From positions 76,570,001-76,634,000 of the forward strand of contig OZ024742.1 of assembly GCA_964016885.1 (NCBI GenBank): a stretch of DNA of 64,000 nt. The letters run 5' to 3'. The notes beneath the pieces are model-generated. The model saw only the letters and a program-made list of their open reading frames with translations, had not been told where the DNA came from and did not search any database. The stretch comes from Eledone cirrhosa (taxonomy: Eukaryota). The position numbers and the translations under genes were made by a program. Of this stretch, positions 1 to 14,523 are shown piece by piece; the first letter of the stretch is position 1; the number at the start of each line of letters is the position of its first letter.

Positions 1-3000
1 CCTTTGTTCTGTCCTACGCAATCTTGTTTTTGTGTGTGTTGTGTGCTTAGTTTGCGCATGTTTTACATCCAGGTGTATGTGTGTGTTTTTATTTGTTTAT
101 TTATTTGTTTATTTACATGTTACTGGCTGGTGGTTTGTTCTATATGTGTGTGTGTTTTGATTTTGTCCTTAATTGTAAGTTGTGATGTTGCTATTCCATT
201 CATGTTTTCTATCTAATTTTGGTTAGAGTTCATTTATGTTTATTGCCTCTGTGATTTGTCTAAACATTGTGTATTTTCTGTGTGTAGATTCTATTTTTAT
301 TTCTATGTTCTCTAATTTGTCCTTATGTTCTATTTTAGCATGTTGGTGGAGTATTGATGATTCTGTTTTACCTAGAAGTTCTCGCCAGTGTTCATTTAAC
401 CGTTCTCCTATAATACGAGCTGTCTCACCTATGTACACTATATTCTTATACTTACATTATCCTTCAGTACATCTTATGCTATATACTACATTTCTAGTTT
501 TACAGTTAATATGGGGGCTTAGTTTACAGATTATGCATTTCTTATCTATACAGGGAGGTCTTTGAAAAGGGTATGTATTGCTAATAATTGTTTTTATGGA
601 GGTACCTGGTCTTTCTACTATCTTAATACTAAGTTTATGTTTATCTAAGGCCCTTCTAAATTCGTAAGCTACTCTAGCGGTTGTATTGATGAACATTACA
701 CTCTGGTATTTATTGCTATCATACCACGTTTCTCATCACCCGTACCAAATCCGCAATCAGTATGTTGATTTTGGTGTGATCCGAAACAGCTGAATTTCGG
801 TGGATCAGATATTTGGAAGTCATGGGTTTGGCATAATGAGAACGGAGGATTTGTTTTTTTTATAATTAATGGTTTCTAACCAGAGCTCTGCGTCTATTAC
901 AGGTAATCGATGGTTGAGGTGTTTGCTTGGGTAGTCTATAGTAACACTAATACTCTGATGGATGGAGTTAGCTATTTGCTGGATGCTTTCCATTGTGTTT
1001 TTTTCTAATTCCTGACTGTCCTCTAGTGGGGGTGTTTGTACTACCATGTTTATATCATCAACGTAGCGGAAGTACATTATCAGGATTAAGAGGTTGCTGT
1101 CTTCTAATTGTTCTTTAAGTTTAAGTTTAAGTTAATTGTCCCACCATACCATGAATAGATTACCTATGTCACCTGTAATCCTAACACCAATGGCTGCTCA
1201 CTCCTCATGGGCATATGTTTTTCCATTAAATTTGAACATATGTTCCTTAAGGGTTAGTATTATACTGACCCCCACGTCATGTGCAATCATTTTCTTTAGT
1301 TCATCGTGGTTTTCGGTGGTCCGTATGGCTCTGGTCCACCCGTTCCATCTTTCTGTGTGGGTTTTCTTGGCCATTGAGGTAATGGTAGGTTGTCTGCCTC
1401 TTGCTGGTCTTGTAGGGCACAGGTTGCTAAGGTCATATGTATCTAGATAATCATTACTATAGGTAAGTTTAAGTAGGAGTCCCAGCTCACTGGTATCAAT
1501 CCCACGGAATTCAACATTGATCTCACTGATCATTTCTACGCATTTCTCCACAGCAAAATCCACGTCAATGGATGGATAGAGGGACAAAACATCCATACTA
1601 CCTATTATACAGTTTGTTAGGTCCCTAGATCGGTTATTTTCGCTGATTCTGCTGAGGAGGTCCTCCGTGCTGTCACATATATCTGGGGACATTTCAATGA
1701 TGGGGCGTATGATCAGGGAGAGGAAGTTGAAAAGTCTGTAGTTACTAGCAATGTTAGCTCCACAGACTGGCCGTATTGGCCCATACAACGCTGGCACGTC
1801 ATTTTTCCAGGCATGGAAGTTGTTGGCAGTCCATTTATTGTGCTGCATTATGTTTGTCCATATCATCATATGAGCATTGAGGGTTTTCTCCCTATCCTCA
1901 TTCTCTTGTGGTGTTACTTCTCTTGTGTTCGTGATATGGAGTTGCATTACCTGGATGTAATTTGACAGACTGTCAACCGACATTCTGCCAGACTTGTCTG
2001 TTGGAAAGCATGCAATATCTCCATTACGCGAGCGCTGCATGAGCTTACGCAAGCCATTTGCAGAAGTTTCTCCCAGTTGCTGGGCCTCCATTCTATTTTG
2101 CCTCTTGCTATACTGTTCTATAATATTTCTAAGGTTAGATCTAGTTATACTAAATTGTGTTTCTGTTTGTTCATCGACTAGCGTTGGCAATTGCGTGCGT
2201 TTGTTAAAAGCTAAAGTCTTGGCGTTGACTTGTCGTAGGTCGAAGGACATATCGGAATGATTACAAAAAGTAGAATTCCAGGCTGCTGCTTTATGTGTAC
2301 TATTGCTATTTTTATTGTTAGTTGTGTTGTTTCTATTTCTATTTACACCAACAGCCTCATGGTTGTTTCTATGTTTCTCATTATTACTCCTGTCTCTTTC
2401 CTCTGGCTCATTGTTATTATCTACTCTATTTTATGTGTCTGTGAGTTTGTCCTGGTTATTTTCTCTGTCAGTATCGATAGTCTGCATACTCCTTTCAATC
2501 CCATTACCCTCCCTTACTTCTGTGTTACTGTCATTACCTGTTTTCTGTGTCTGTGTGTTTGTTAAGATTGTGGTGGTGGTGAGGGCATAGAATGTGTGTG
2601 TGTGTTGTTGTTGTTGTTGATGTGTGCTGTTGTTGATGTGTGTTGTTGTTGTTGTTGTCTCCGTGTATGTTATTATTGTTGTGTGTGTTGTTGTTGTTTG
2701 TGTCTATGTGTCCTTTGTTGTTGTCTCTGAGTATGTTAGTATTGTTGATGTGCGTGGTGTTGTTGCTATCGTTGTTTGTGTATGTGTGTGTGTTGTTGTT
2801 GGGATGTGTTTTGTATGTGTGTGTGTGTGCGTATATGTTGTTACTTTTGTTTTGATTTGGTTTTTGAGGTTCCAACGTAATTTTGTAAAGGATTTTTCTA
2901 TTTCTGACAAGCATTTTATCATATTTACCTTATTATATGTGGCATATTTAGGTGGTAGCTGTAATATCGATAATTCATCAGAGTCGACTGTAGTGTTGCC

Positions 3001-3209
3001 GTATATATTTGTGTTGTTGTTGTTGAATTCATCTGTTAATGGGATGTCCGCCATGTTCATGAATTTAATTTATAAATTTATAATAAATTGGAGTGACACA
3101 CTGGTGCGTGTGTTTCTTATTGGCAACATGACCCTCCCAAAGTATAACAATATCGGTTTCAACACATGTTTTGAGATAAAGAATCTTGCTAAACAAATTC
3201 AGAAACGAA

Positions 3210-3210
<1 letters not shown>
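1..3210 (-). mobile_element. Penelope-like retroelement (family A, copy 1), degenerate; runs off the left window edge; short inverted pLTR piece at 3061-3210
   Basis: Minus-strand ORF pieces carry TDKSG, SMDVLSLYPSID, YFRYVDD and GIY-YIG (VVYSIRC...YIGETAR...ERLNEH) motifs. It is clearly homologous along its length to 43383-47287. The right end abuts (TA)n. Confidence 0.95.
170..3060 (-). pseudogene. Disrupted PLE RT-GIY-YIG ORF
   Basis: Split into ORFs 2704-3060, 1198-2250, 820-1077, 457-696 and 223-438 by frameshifts and TAA stops. It also has a 45-bp deletion removing LRKDHK and a roughly 230-bp deletion near position 725 relative to copy 2. Confidence 0.9.
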
Positions 3211-3252
<42 letters not shown>

Positions 3253-3330
3253 GTATTCCAATGTTACACTATAGAAACAATTGTTACCTAATAAATTCTA
3301 TATACCCGCATTTCCATTTCGTAAATTTTT

Positions 3331-3363
<33 letters not shown>

Positions 3364-4260
3364 CTATATATATATATATTTATTTATTTATATATATACA
3401 CGTATATTATATATATACTTATGTATATATTCATGCACACATACACACACACACTCACATACATATGTGTGTGTGGTTCTATTGAGAATATACGGATGCA
3501 ATTCAGCAGAAGCTATATAAGAAAAACGGCATGCATAATATTAAAACTGTCTACTAAAATTGACTTCGTGATACATAATGTAGGACCCTACTGTCTCTAT
3601 GATATTCACACAAGTAGTACATACTCCATTAAGAAAATCAATTATCCTGCATCATGCCGGCATCACTCCTTATATCTAGAACACATTTCGACCAAAATAC
3701 CATGATCATTATTTATCTATCCCTAAAATATTAATGTGGCATCAATATTTCAACGCTGTATCTTGAATTAGCGCTTCGATAAAGCAATTAAATCTAATTG
3801 TGTTTTTCACATACATTGCTGGAAAATATTTATTTATAGTGACCTACGACTTCAATTAGCACCAATTTGTAAATAAGATGATAAAAATCGATACATATAT
3901 AATCATGCACTATAAGCTAGTTCGAAATATCATGATTAAATATTATCCACATTTCTGAGTTGTTTTTCAGAGGAAAAAATATATTTGCATGTACTTATTA
4001 ATTTATTATATATAATATAATATATAATCAACCAGCAGTATATATGTACATGTTACCATTAAAGTTCTGCCCTTTCTCTCACTCTCTGTCTTTCTCTCTC
4101 CCACTCTCTCTCTCTCTCTACCCCCCCACACACACATATACACACGCACACACAAACTCAGGCACGCACACATATATCTATATCTATATCTATATCAATA
4201 TATATATATACATTAAAGTAACAGATTTATGTTTATATTACTATATATATATATTTATAT

Positions 4261-4299
<39 letters not shown>

Positions 4300-4309
4300 T
4301 GTGTGTGTA

Positions 4310-4354
<45 letters not shown>

Positions 4355-4367
4355 ATAAGTGAATAAA

Positions 4368-4399
<32 letters not shown>

Positions 4400-4559
4400 C
4401 ATGTTTAACATAGAAATGGCTTCTACAGTACGAGAACTTTTTCATTCAAAAGAAGTCATGCAGATCATTTCTTTTGAATGAAACAGTTCTGGGCATTTAG
4501 AAGCGATTTCTATATTAAACATGGTTTTCACACTCTACTAATAGGTTCCCATGTCCTAA

Positions 4560-4860
4560 AAGTAAGGCTGCTGGGCATGCAATCGTGGTGCCATGTGTTC
4601 GATACATGGGCTGGATTCCTTGTTGTGTTCTTGAGCAAAACACTAATTTCACGTTGCTCCAGTATTCTCCATTATATTCAGCTGAAAATGAGTAACAGCA
4701 ATCGATGAGGGGTTAACTCTAAAATGGGCTGGTGTCCTGTACAGAGGGGAGTCTTTTACTATCAGTTACTTCCCTCCATGCAATCGGGATAAGTAATGGC
4801 TCAACGCCCTGCTTGCGCGCCCGAGGTCTAACAAATTGAGTACCTTACTAACTGTGGTTA
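4560..4860 (+). mobile_element. Degenerate SINE (probably tRNA-derived, conserved central domain)
   Basis: B-box-like GTTCGATAC near 4597, followed by TTGTGTTCTTGAGCAAAACACT and GTCCTGTACAGAGGGGAG...CGGGATAAG blocks typical of metazoan SINE cores. Boundaries approximate. Confidence 0.5.
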
Positions 4861-4922
4861 CCGCCGATGAAACCCGGGACTGACACACACACACACACAC
4901 ACCCACACACACACACACACAT

Positions 4923-5007
<85 letters not shown>

Positions 5008-5010
<3 letters not shown>

Positions 5011-5455
5011 GGTGGCTGCCAACTCCTTTTCGAGTACGGCCACTACTTTTTATCCATGTATGAGAACCCCTGCTGATGCGCTGAACGAGGGCCACTTTTT
5101 AGTCCAGCCAGCGACTTGAAAACTCTGGTTGGTATAAACACTACACTTGTGACAATTATTGATACATAGTGCTTGGCCCATGGTACCATGTTACGACAAG
5201 TGCAGAGAGATCTCCAGATATAAATCAATGCCTGTGCTGTGAAGCTTTTATAGTGAGCAAAGGCACTGCACAAAGCCAGTCCCACTCTCTTAACCAAGAT
5301 GATATTTACCAAAAAGAAGAACAAGTCAACATCATTAGATACCATCAGGGTTGCAGGTGTTATATCAGAGTTTTCCTTCTCCTAGAATACTGCCTTGACA
5401 AAGGCTTAGAGGTCATCTCTCGCGGTGATTTTGGATGGCCATTGACTCTTAAGAG
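5008..5455 (-). mobile_element. Non-autonomous retroposon with RTE-like 5'UTR sequence, copy 1
   Basis: Near-identical to 54720-55129 and 59813-60255. The minus strand contains CTAGGAGAAGGAAAACTCTG, a motif recurrent in RTE-clade 5' regions. Confidence 0.7.
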
Positions 5456-5459
5456 CTAC

Positions 5460-5508
<49 letters not shown>

Positions 5509-6658
5509 TGATTATGGAGGAGATGCGGATCGAACCCAAACATCTATGTTTACCTTTATTTTTTCAAACTCTGAACATAACTGAGTTTTACAAATACGCG
5601 CACGTTATTTGAATTAAGAACACATGGAGCTGCCAATGATTCGTTATACTCATATATATTAAGAATTCCGGGCATTTTTGGCCTTTAAACTTGTATTTTA
5701 TTTTTCGATTCAAAAGAGATATAATCAATGATGATATTGGTCAAATTTATACTCATAGCGAGAAGGACCTGGATAAATGCTGCGACACAGTGCAATACAC
5801 AAATGACCTACTCATATCACCGTATATGTGCTATATATGCGATTGACCTCAATAACAGGATAATAGATTTCAAATATATAAGTAGAATATTATAATAATT
5901 CAATAAATCTATAATTGCTATCTAAAGTTTGTAAATGTTTCTATTGCATAATTTACGCTGAAAAGAAAGGTCCATCTATTCATGAAGTACATATTCTATT
6001 TCGGAAATAGCGCAGAACGACGAAATTGGAGAAGGAAATACATTTAAGTCTCTAAAAAAATATTTCTGCAGCTGCTAAGGATAAATGCTGTTTGTGTATA
6101 ACGTCCAAAAGGCATATTTGTAATGAGATGAAAGTTACATGATTACACAAATTGTAAAGAAGTAAAAAATGTTGATGTGTGAAGAGAGAAAACATAAAAA
6201 CGGAAAATACCTTAGTATTGTGGAAAATGAATATATTGAAAACAGAATATATTGAATAAATAAGATCAAAACGTGTAATAGATTCCTTACTGATATTTTA
6301 CTCTGTAAGTCATATAATGTGAAATGGGTTGTAAATAAACATGGTTTTTGAGTATTTTACTATTACTGAGATCTATCAGAATGTCTTAGGACACCACGGC
6401 AAAGGAGTAATTCGTGAGAAATTATTGATGGTTTTTTCGCTGTGATTTAACTCATAAGATGCCACACATTCGGATTGTAGGTAAACTTTATCTGAAAGAT
6501 TCTAAATAGTTTCTGTCTACTTAATTTCTCAAAGAAAGCGTGGGATGACCAGAAGCTTTCTGAAGTAACATATACTCAAGATACTCTGGAGTGTGAAAGA
6601 TAGCGGGACATTATGATTGCGGAACGAAGGTCTTTAAACAAACACACACCCACACACA

Positions 6659-6708
<50 letters not shown>

Positions 6709-6800
6709 CATATATATGTGCATATATACGCTCACATACATACACACACCAAACTCCTCCATATATATGTAACTCCTTCACTCCCTCACACAATCACACA

Positions 6801-6894
<94 letters not shown>

Positions 6895-6918
6895 GCGCTT
6901 AAGATCTGTCTTACTCAC

Positions 6919-7157
6919 CTGCGCAATGAACTGTTTCCTTCAGCCAGATTACATGTGCAAGAATTAATTGAAAGTACACGAGAATGTGTCACAGAGAAAC
7001 AGATAAACATTATCCAAAAAATAAGATAATTCCATGTGCAAAATATAGTCCAATGAGGAAAAACAAAGTTGAAAGAAGAGAAAGAGAAAAGACGTAAGAA
7101 AATGAGACGAAATAGTTTGAAAGTTTGAAAGTAGAAGTAAAAAACATGATATAGCAT
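6919..7157 (-). CDS. Candidate host exon with signal-peptide-like segment
   Basis: The ORF runs to a perfect donor CAG|GTGAGTAA. Translation YLIFWIMFICFSVTHS-RVLSINSCTCNLAEGNSSLR gives a hydrophobic stretch followed by Cys residues and an N-x-S sequon. Non-repetitive sequence. Confidence 0.3.
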
Positions 7158-7605
7158 TTCAAGTCAACACGCGTGACCGATATGCTACTTCATATTGGCT
7201 TTTTCCTATCTTTAATAGCCATAGATACTGCATGCATCATACCGTTCTTTGGATCGTGTGTACAAAAACTGCACAAGGCGATACAAGTCTATCTTATATG
7301 AAACCAAATTTACATGAAACGGAATTGAATCTTGTAGTCCACTCCTTTTCCTTGTTTGCACTTAATTTTTTTAAGAAGTTCTCATAATTCAATTATAAGT
7401 GTTTCCTGACCGTGCCTTGTATTTATTTATACATATACATACATAAATATTTACATTTCTAGCCCGTTCGCGTGTTTAAATTATATTTATTTATTTTTGA
7501 TTTTACTAAATATATTTTGTCGTTAAAATATATTTACACATATACATTTATACAAACAGGCATACACACGCGTACTTCACACACACACACATCTACTCGC
7601 ATATA

Positions 7606-7799
<194 letters not shown>

Positions 7800-8139
7800 T
7801 GTGTGTGTCTGTAAGTATGTGTGTCTGTAAGTATGTGTGTCTGTATGTGTGTGTATGTGCCTTTCTATGTGCGGTCGTGTGCTTTCTTACATTATCAAAT
7901 TTTGATCATGTATACTGAACAAATATTTTCAGCTTACATGCAAGCAAATGATATATTTGAAGATAGGAGATATTTGTGTAAACATATACGTATGTGATTA
8001 CGAATAAGTTTAACAACGAAATACACTTAAGATGCGATTAGAAAGCCTACAAATAGTGATTAGAAACTCTCAGGAGAGCTGGACACCAGAAGGTAAAATT
8101 ATATACGAAACACCAAGTCAACATCATGAATATTTCTAA

Positions 8140-8600
8140 TTATCTGGCGTTGTCTGTCTGTCTGTCTACTAAAACGGTCGGCACACATCTCCTCTTAAAC
8201 CGTACGTTCAAATTTCGGTGAAATTGCTACACTTATAGATGAAGGTCCGGAAGAGACATCGGTCAGAAATATTTTCAAATCGACCCACGCCAAGTGCAAA
8301 AATCGAGTTTGTAATGTATTGATTTTTTCAGTTCAAATTTATAAATAGAGATGAGAGACAAGTTATGTCCCTTTTATGGCGTAATTTGTTTATCTATTTA
8401 CGTTACGAATAAAATACGCGTACAAAAATACGCGAACAGTTTTCGGGCCAGCAAAATTTTAACCTGCAAAATTCATGAGTTCGAAGTTTCAATATTAAGC
8501 TTCCATTTTGCTTCATTTCCATTAAAAAATCTTTTAAAACAATATTTCAGCACATCAGCCTCGCCGTCACCGAGGCAACACTGCGAGTGTCTGGCTTGCC
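8140..8600. mobile_element. Possible Helentron/DINE-like non-autonomous element
   Basis: (GTCT)n near one end and a short GC-rich segment at the other; boundaries approximate. Confidence 0.3.
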
Positions 8601-9509
8601 TCAAAATTAGAGAGGTTGCCCAGTACTCGCGACGTTGCTGACTTTTTCTCTGGTGTTGGCTCCGTTGTTCACCCCTTCCTTTGCATTTTCTTTAATATTG
8701 TAGTTTATGTATATATTTAAAATATATTTGTTATGTTATTCTATTGTAAATTTATTTATATGCTCTGTTTATACCCTCAAAATTCTATGAAACTACATAC
8801 ATGTTGCAACTCTTTCTATATATATATATATATATCACACACACACACATGTACATATACATCTAAAGAGAGAAAGAGAGATGTAGAGAGAGAGAGTGAG
8901 ATAGGTCGTTATACAGAGAGAGGTGAGGTACAAGATAATCAGATAGAGATACAGAGAGGGAATGGCGACGATCGCTGGGTCACACACACACACACAAACA
9001 TATATATATAAAGAGAGAGAGAGAGAGAGAGAGTTCTGCGCGTTCTTTATTGTTCTCCATTCTGTAGGAGGTAGAGAGAGAGGGGGGTATGAGTGAGAGA
9101 GGGAGAGAGAGAGAGGGTATGAGAAAAAAGGGAAAGGGGTTGAGACAAAAATAAAGTTAAGCAAAGAATCGCTGCTTTCAACATTAACGGGAGCTTCTTA
9201 AACTATTAAATTCTATCTGTGGACGTAGAATTAAATATTTCGAGAAACGTTGCAACCTAAGTAAAACAGGAAGACGATATTTTGGTTCGTGAAGACGTTC
9301 CCTGGTAATGAACGGAAAAAAAGCGAGGATAATACGTCGTTATCTGGAACGAAAAGAACAATTTCATGCAAAGACAAGACCAAGTTTAAGGTGTAAATGG
9401 AGTCATTAGACTAATATTATATTTAAAATAACCGAATGATTTCCAGCCCAGGAGTTTAAGAATGATGTAAATAAAGTTGTAAACGAAAATGACGGAGGTT
9501 ATTAAAATA

Positions 9510-9622
9510 GTTGTTTCTACTTTTGGCACAAGGCCAGCAATTACCCAGTACATTACTGGTACTTTATGTTATCGACCCCCGTAAGGATGAAAGGCAAAGT
9601 TAAACTCAAAGGCATTTTAACT
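9510..9622 (-). mobile_element. Nin-domain tRNA-SINE, 5'-truncated
   Basis: Matches the 3' part of the SINE at 28557-28743. Confidence 0.85.
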
Positions 9623-9789
9623 TTGCCTTAAAATAGTAAAAGTAAATAGTGAAGATTTTGGCCAGTACATACGTATGCGCCGACGGACATACACATACAC
9701 ATACATACGCGCACACAAATACATACGCACACACAAATACACACGCCCACACACACACACGCGCGTGTGTGTGTGTAAATCTTATGCAT

Positions 9790-10187
9790 TTCTACAGTAT
9801 TTTCACCAAACTTAAGACATTGGTTACTTATGTACTCCGGATGGTCATGGGCACTTTCATTTTTCCAGATATTGATTATAGGGCCTCCCGGCAGGTAACC
9901 CCCCTTTAAAGCACTGCAGTGCAATGCAACAAAACGTCATAGCTTCTGGAGTTCGCAACCGATTTTCACAAAACTTGACACATGGGCTACGTTTGTTCTA
10001 CAGATGAATGTGAACTCTCAGAATTGGCACATATTGAGTAGGGGACCCCTGGAGGCAGGAACCCCCTTTTGGAAAAAGCCGATGATTTTGTAAAAGTATA
10101 GTTTGCCAAGCAACACTGAAGTATTGACATAAATGGTATACATAACTGGTATTAATACACGAGCAACGCCGGGTACCTCTGTTAGTA
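9790..10187 (-). mobile_element. Helentron-associated (HINE/DINE-like) non-autonomous element
   Basis: 9950-10185 is the reverse complement of 58212-58445. The terminal motif is CTA..AGAGGTACCCGGCGTTGCTCG, and a TTTTCAC.AAACTT block is internally duplicated. Confidence 0.6.
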
Positions 10188-10351
10188 CCTGATGAAGTCA
10201 ATTGTTGGAGGTAAGCTGAGCATTGGCATTTAATTGTGCAGTTTGTAATACAAAATTGTTGATAAATAATGTTACTTTATTGAATAGGCTACAGGTACAT
10301 TATTTACGCTCCCGCTGTTAATCGTTTTTAGTTAATCGTACACCAATCATA

Positions 10352-10397
<46 letters not shown>

Positions 10398-11267
10398 CTT
10401 GTGTCTATAGGTGTCTATAGTGTAATAAAACACCTCTTAAAAACAAAACGTAGACGTTTTAATGTAGGAACATGCACAACATTTTACCCTGTTGGGTGCA
10501 AATATATCGGAAATCAACTGGTGAAACAAAATCTGATAGCATATGAATCAGATTTTCTATAAAACGTCAAATGTGTGTTTTATATAAATTATAAAGAGGA
10601 CAGCGTTTCCAAAGTTACACCTGTTCAGAAGGTTTGCACCGAAATTATATATATAACGTATTTATTTCAGATGAAATGTCCTTAACATACTCGCTATACA
10701 ATATATTATGCGGAATATGGTGAGAACGAACCAGTTACAAATGCATTACAGGCTAACAGAAGTTAGTTCCATGCGGTAACAATTCGACTTATGATGTCAG
10801 TAGACATGGGCTTAGTATCGGAGGCGTTGAAATACAGTTGGAAAGAAAAATAAATTGTGATTTCTGCAATTAAAACAGTTTCCAGATATTAGCAATTCTT
10901 TTGTTTATACACATATCCGTAGATACTACTTCAAACACGCACCCATGAATTTACCCATTTAGTCGAAAGTATCCATAAATATTCAGAAGTACATACATTT
11001 GCTAAATCCACTGCTATGCCCCCTCTGAGTTCTCAAGTTTACCTATCTCGCTAATTCAAGTATTCTTTGCTTATCTCATAACAAATCGACAGTCAAATAT
11101 ATTGCTTATTTTCAAAAAATGATCTAAAAAAGAAATATTCGAGGAATTCAAACCCACACACGCGCGGGCTCATAGCATAGGCATACACACACACACACGC
11201 ACACATATAGTGCTCTACCACTACGGATATTAACGTCCAGTGTTCTACCTCTCTCCCTCTCTCACTC

Positions 11268-11441
<174 letters not shown>

Positions 11442-11934
11442 TATAAACATTGCACTCAAGCGCAAAAAGGCGTTAAAGATAGCTCATAAAATAGGCTGAA
11501 GACACTTAAAAGTTGCAATGGTTGTTATGAGGAATTGAATGCCATAACCCTCAGATACCGGCGAGACGTTTTAGCCATTAGGATCCGTGATAGTTCCATT
11601 CCCGTTATTTTTATCGAGATAATTGTACCACAGCTTTCAGATGTCAGCAAGCAGGCGGATAAAATGTAAACAAAGAAAGTTGTCCTTTTATTTAGTTACT
11701 TTGACGGGAAGGAAATTGGCCTGGCTGCTTAGCTTAATTGTTACATCGTTTAGCCAGTATCTGGAAAATATCGGATTCAATTCCTCATAGCAGGTGATGT
11801 CAACTCATTTTTCCAGTTTTTATCCTACTTGATAAGCCTTTATAGAATTTCTTCTCTTGAGTCCTTTCTATATGCTTATATAATACATTCACAGCGATTC
11901 AAAAGAGAGACATTCGGCTTCGTACGTTGTATAA

Positions 11935-12185
<251 letters not shown>

Positions 12186-13121
12186 TGTATTGATTTGTGT
12201 ATGTATTTGTATGTATAAGGAAAATAAATTCACATAAATAATATAATTATTCTATGTAATAGATTTTAGGGCAACATATTATCGATATGTACTTTTCTGA
12301 CTATCGTAAGTGAATGATAGTTTTCTCCGCTTTCATTTGAAATCAGAAGGAACAGCGACACTGTACAGCCTTTAGAATGGTTCTTTGCACTTTTTCTACA
12401 TTCCTTGCCTCGTGATATATTATGAATATCGAATTCAAGTAGTAAAATATTTATTAATAATAGAAATATGGAAAAATACCAATATACGTTAGTAATGCCA
12501 ATAGACAAATTGAAAAAACAGAGATATGCAATAAAAGTGAATAAATACTTTTGATGGAATTCAAAATGAAAGAAAAAGTAAGTAAAATTGGCAGGAAAGA
12601 ACATATTAGATTTGAAGAACAGAAAATATATATGTGGAATGTTAAAAGATATTGAAAATTGGTAAAACAGAAAACAAAATGACGAACTAATCCCCTTTCA
12701 CAAACGTAACAGCAATTAAAAAAAATGGAAATGTAATTTACAAATGTCGAGAGTAAATGCGATATCCAGTCAATTGGAAAAGAAATGAAAAGTCTTCAGT
12801 GGGTACAATTAGATTTGCCCAGACAAAAGTCAGATGGAAATAGTACAAAGAAAAAAATACAAACACCAGATTCAATGTCGATATGGACACAGAGCAAAAT
12901 TGTTTCAGAAGATCATATTGAATACGTTTATTCTTTTAATCTGATTAGAAACAATACTTGGTGAAAGTTCTTATAAACTTGTTTCAGGAATAAAAACACT
13001 GTTCTGAATTTTTTGCGAGTAGTAGAGAGTAATTTGTATTCTGAAAATCAGGTATATGTTTAAATAATATGTATGTTTGCTACCCCTGAAAAACTTTTGC
13101 ACAGTCACACTTTCTCACTCA

Positions 13122-13233
<112 letters not shown>

Positions 13234-13254
13234 CGCACACACATATATATATAT

Positions 13255-13688
13255 AAGATAGAATACAATAAACAAAACAGTCACCCACACACGAACACAC
13301 TATACACACACGCATATGCATGAGCAAAGAAGAAGACAAAAATAAATAAATAAACAGATTATATAAAAATGGCGTAGACATACAATACAACAGGAGGAAA
13401 CATAATAGCACCACTGACGATGTTGTAAATGTGCAACGAAATAGCTTTGTTAGACTATATATATGTGTTTGTGTCTATATTATATCTGTATTTTTGACCG
13501 TTGCTCGGGCAATAGTAAACATTGAGGACCGAATAAATCAACTGATATAAAAGATACAGAAGCGAAAACCAACCAAACAGTGAGTGTGTTCTGTTATTAA
13601 TTCTGGCAATATTATTACAACGATATGACCCTCCCCAAGTATAACAATATTTGTTTCGACATACGATTTCATATAAAAAATCTTGCAA

Positions 13689-13694
<6 letters not shown>
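13255..13694 (+). mobile_element. Solo pLTR of PLE family B (related to family A)
   Basis: Homologous to 21650-22100 (reverse complement). Contains a hammerhead motif and ends with [23 protein letters not shown] before (TA)n. Confidence 0.8.
13407..13453 (+). ncRNA. Minimal hammerhead ribozyme motif (degenerate, family B)
   Basis: CTGACGA-T-GTTGTA-aatg-TGCAAC-GAAA-tagCTT; stems I and III are imperfect. Confidence 0.6.
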
Positions 13695-13747
<53 letters not shown>

Positions 13748-13748
13748 T

Positions 13749-13838
<90 letters not shown>

Positions 13839-14488
13839 GTACGCCCAGCCGACTAACTCACTCGATATGCAAATTAGGCTACTTAGCCGTTAATATGCAT
13901 CAGGAAAGTATATACTTTCAAACTTTCAATCGACTGACAGGTACGGTGCTGATGACAGCTAATAAGCTTGAAACTAGTTAATTGTTCCTTTGTCAGTGTT
14001 GAACAAAAGGGCAACGACGGTTGCCGAACACTGTACGGCTCATAATTCGGCCTGTATGTTTACAAACACACCGAGCATTAAAATAAATGTACGGTAAACT
14101 CATACGTACATATATATATATATATATATGTGTGCATGTATGTATGTATATACATACTACTGTACGTCTGTATACATATATGTATGTACGTATACATACT
14201 TATATATATATATATATATATACATATAAATATGTAAACAGGGTATGTTGAATACATTTGCATCAGTTTTTTGTATTGAAGAATCAAACAACGTGAATAT
14301 ATAAAATCAAAAACATGATCAGAATTAGTTAACAAAATATATCACTTAATATAAGTAGAATCTATTATTCAAAGATTAAAGAAAATGATGCCTTTTACAG
14401 ATATGTGTCAATTCTATCGTACACACACACATACATACATACACCCACGCACACACACACTCACACACACATACACACACGCACACAC

Positions 14489-14521
<33 letters not shown>

Positions 14522-14523
<2 letters not shown>

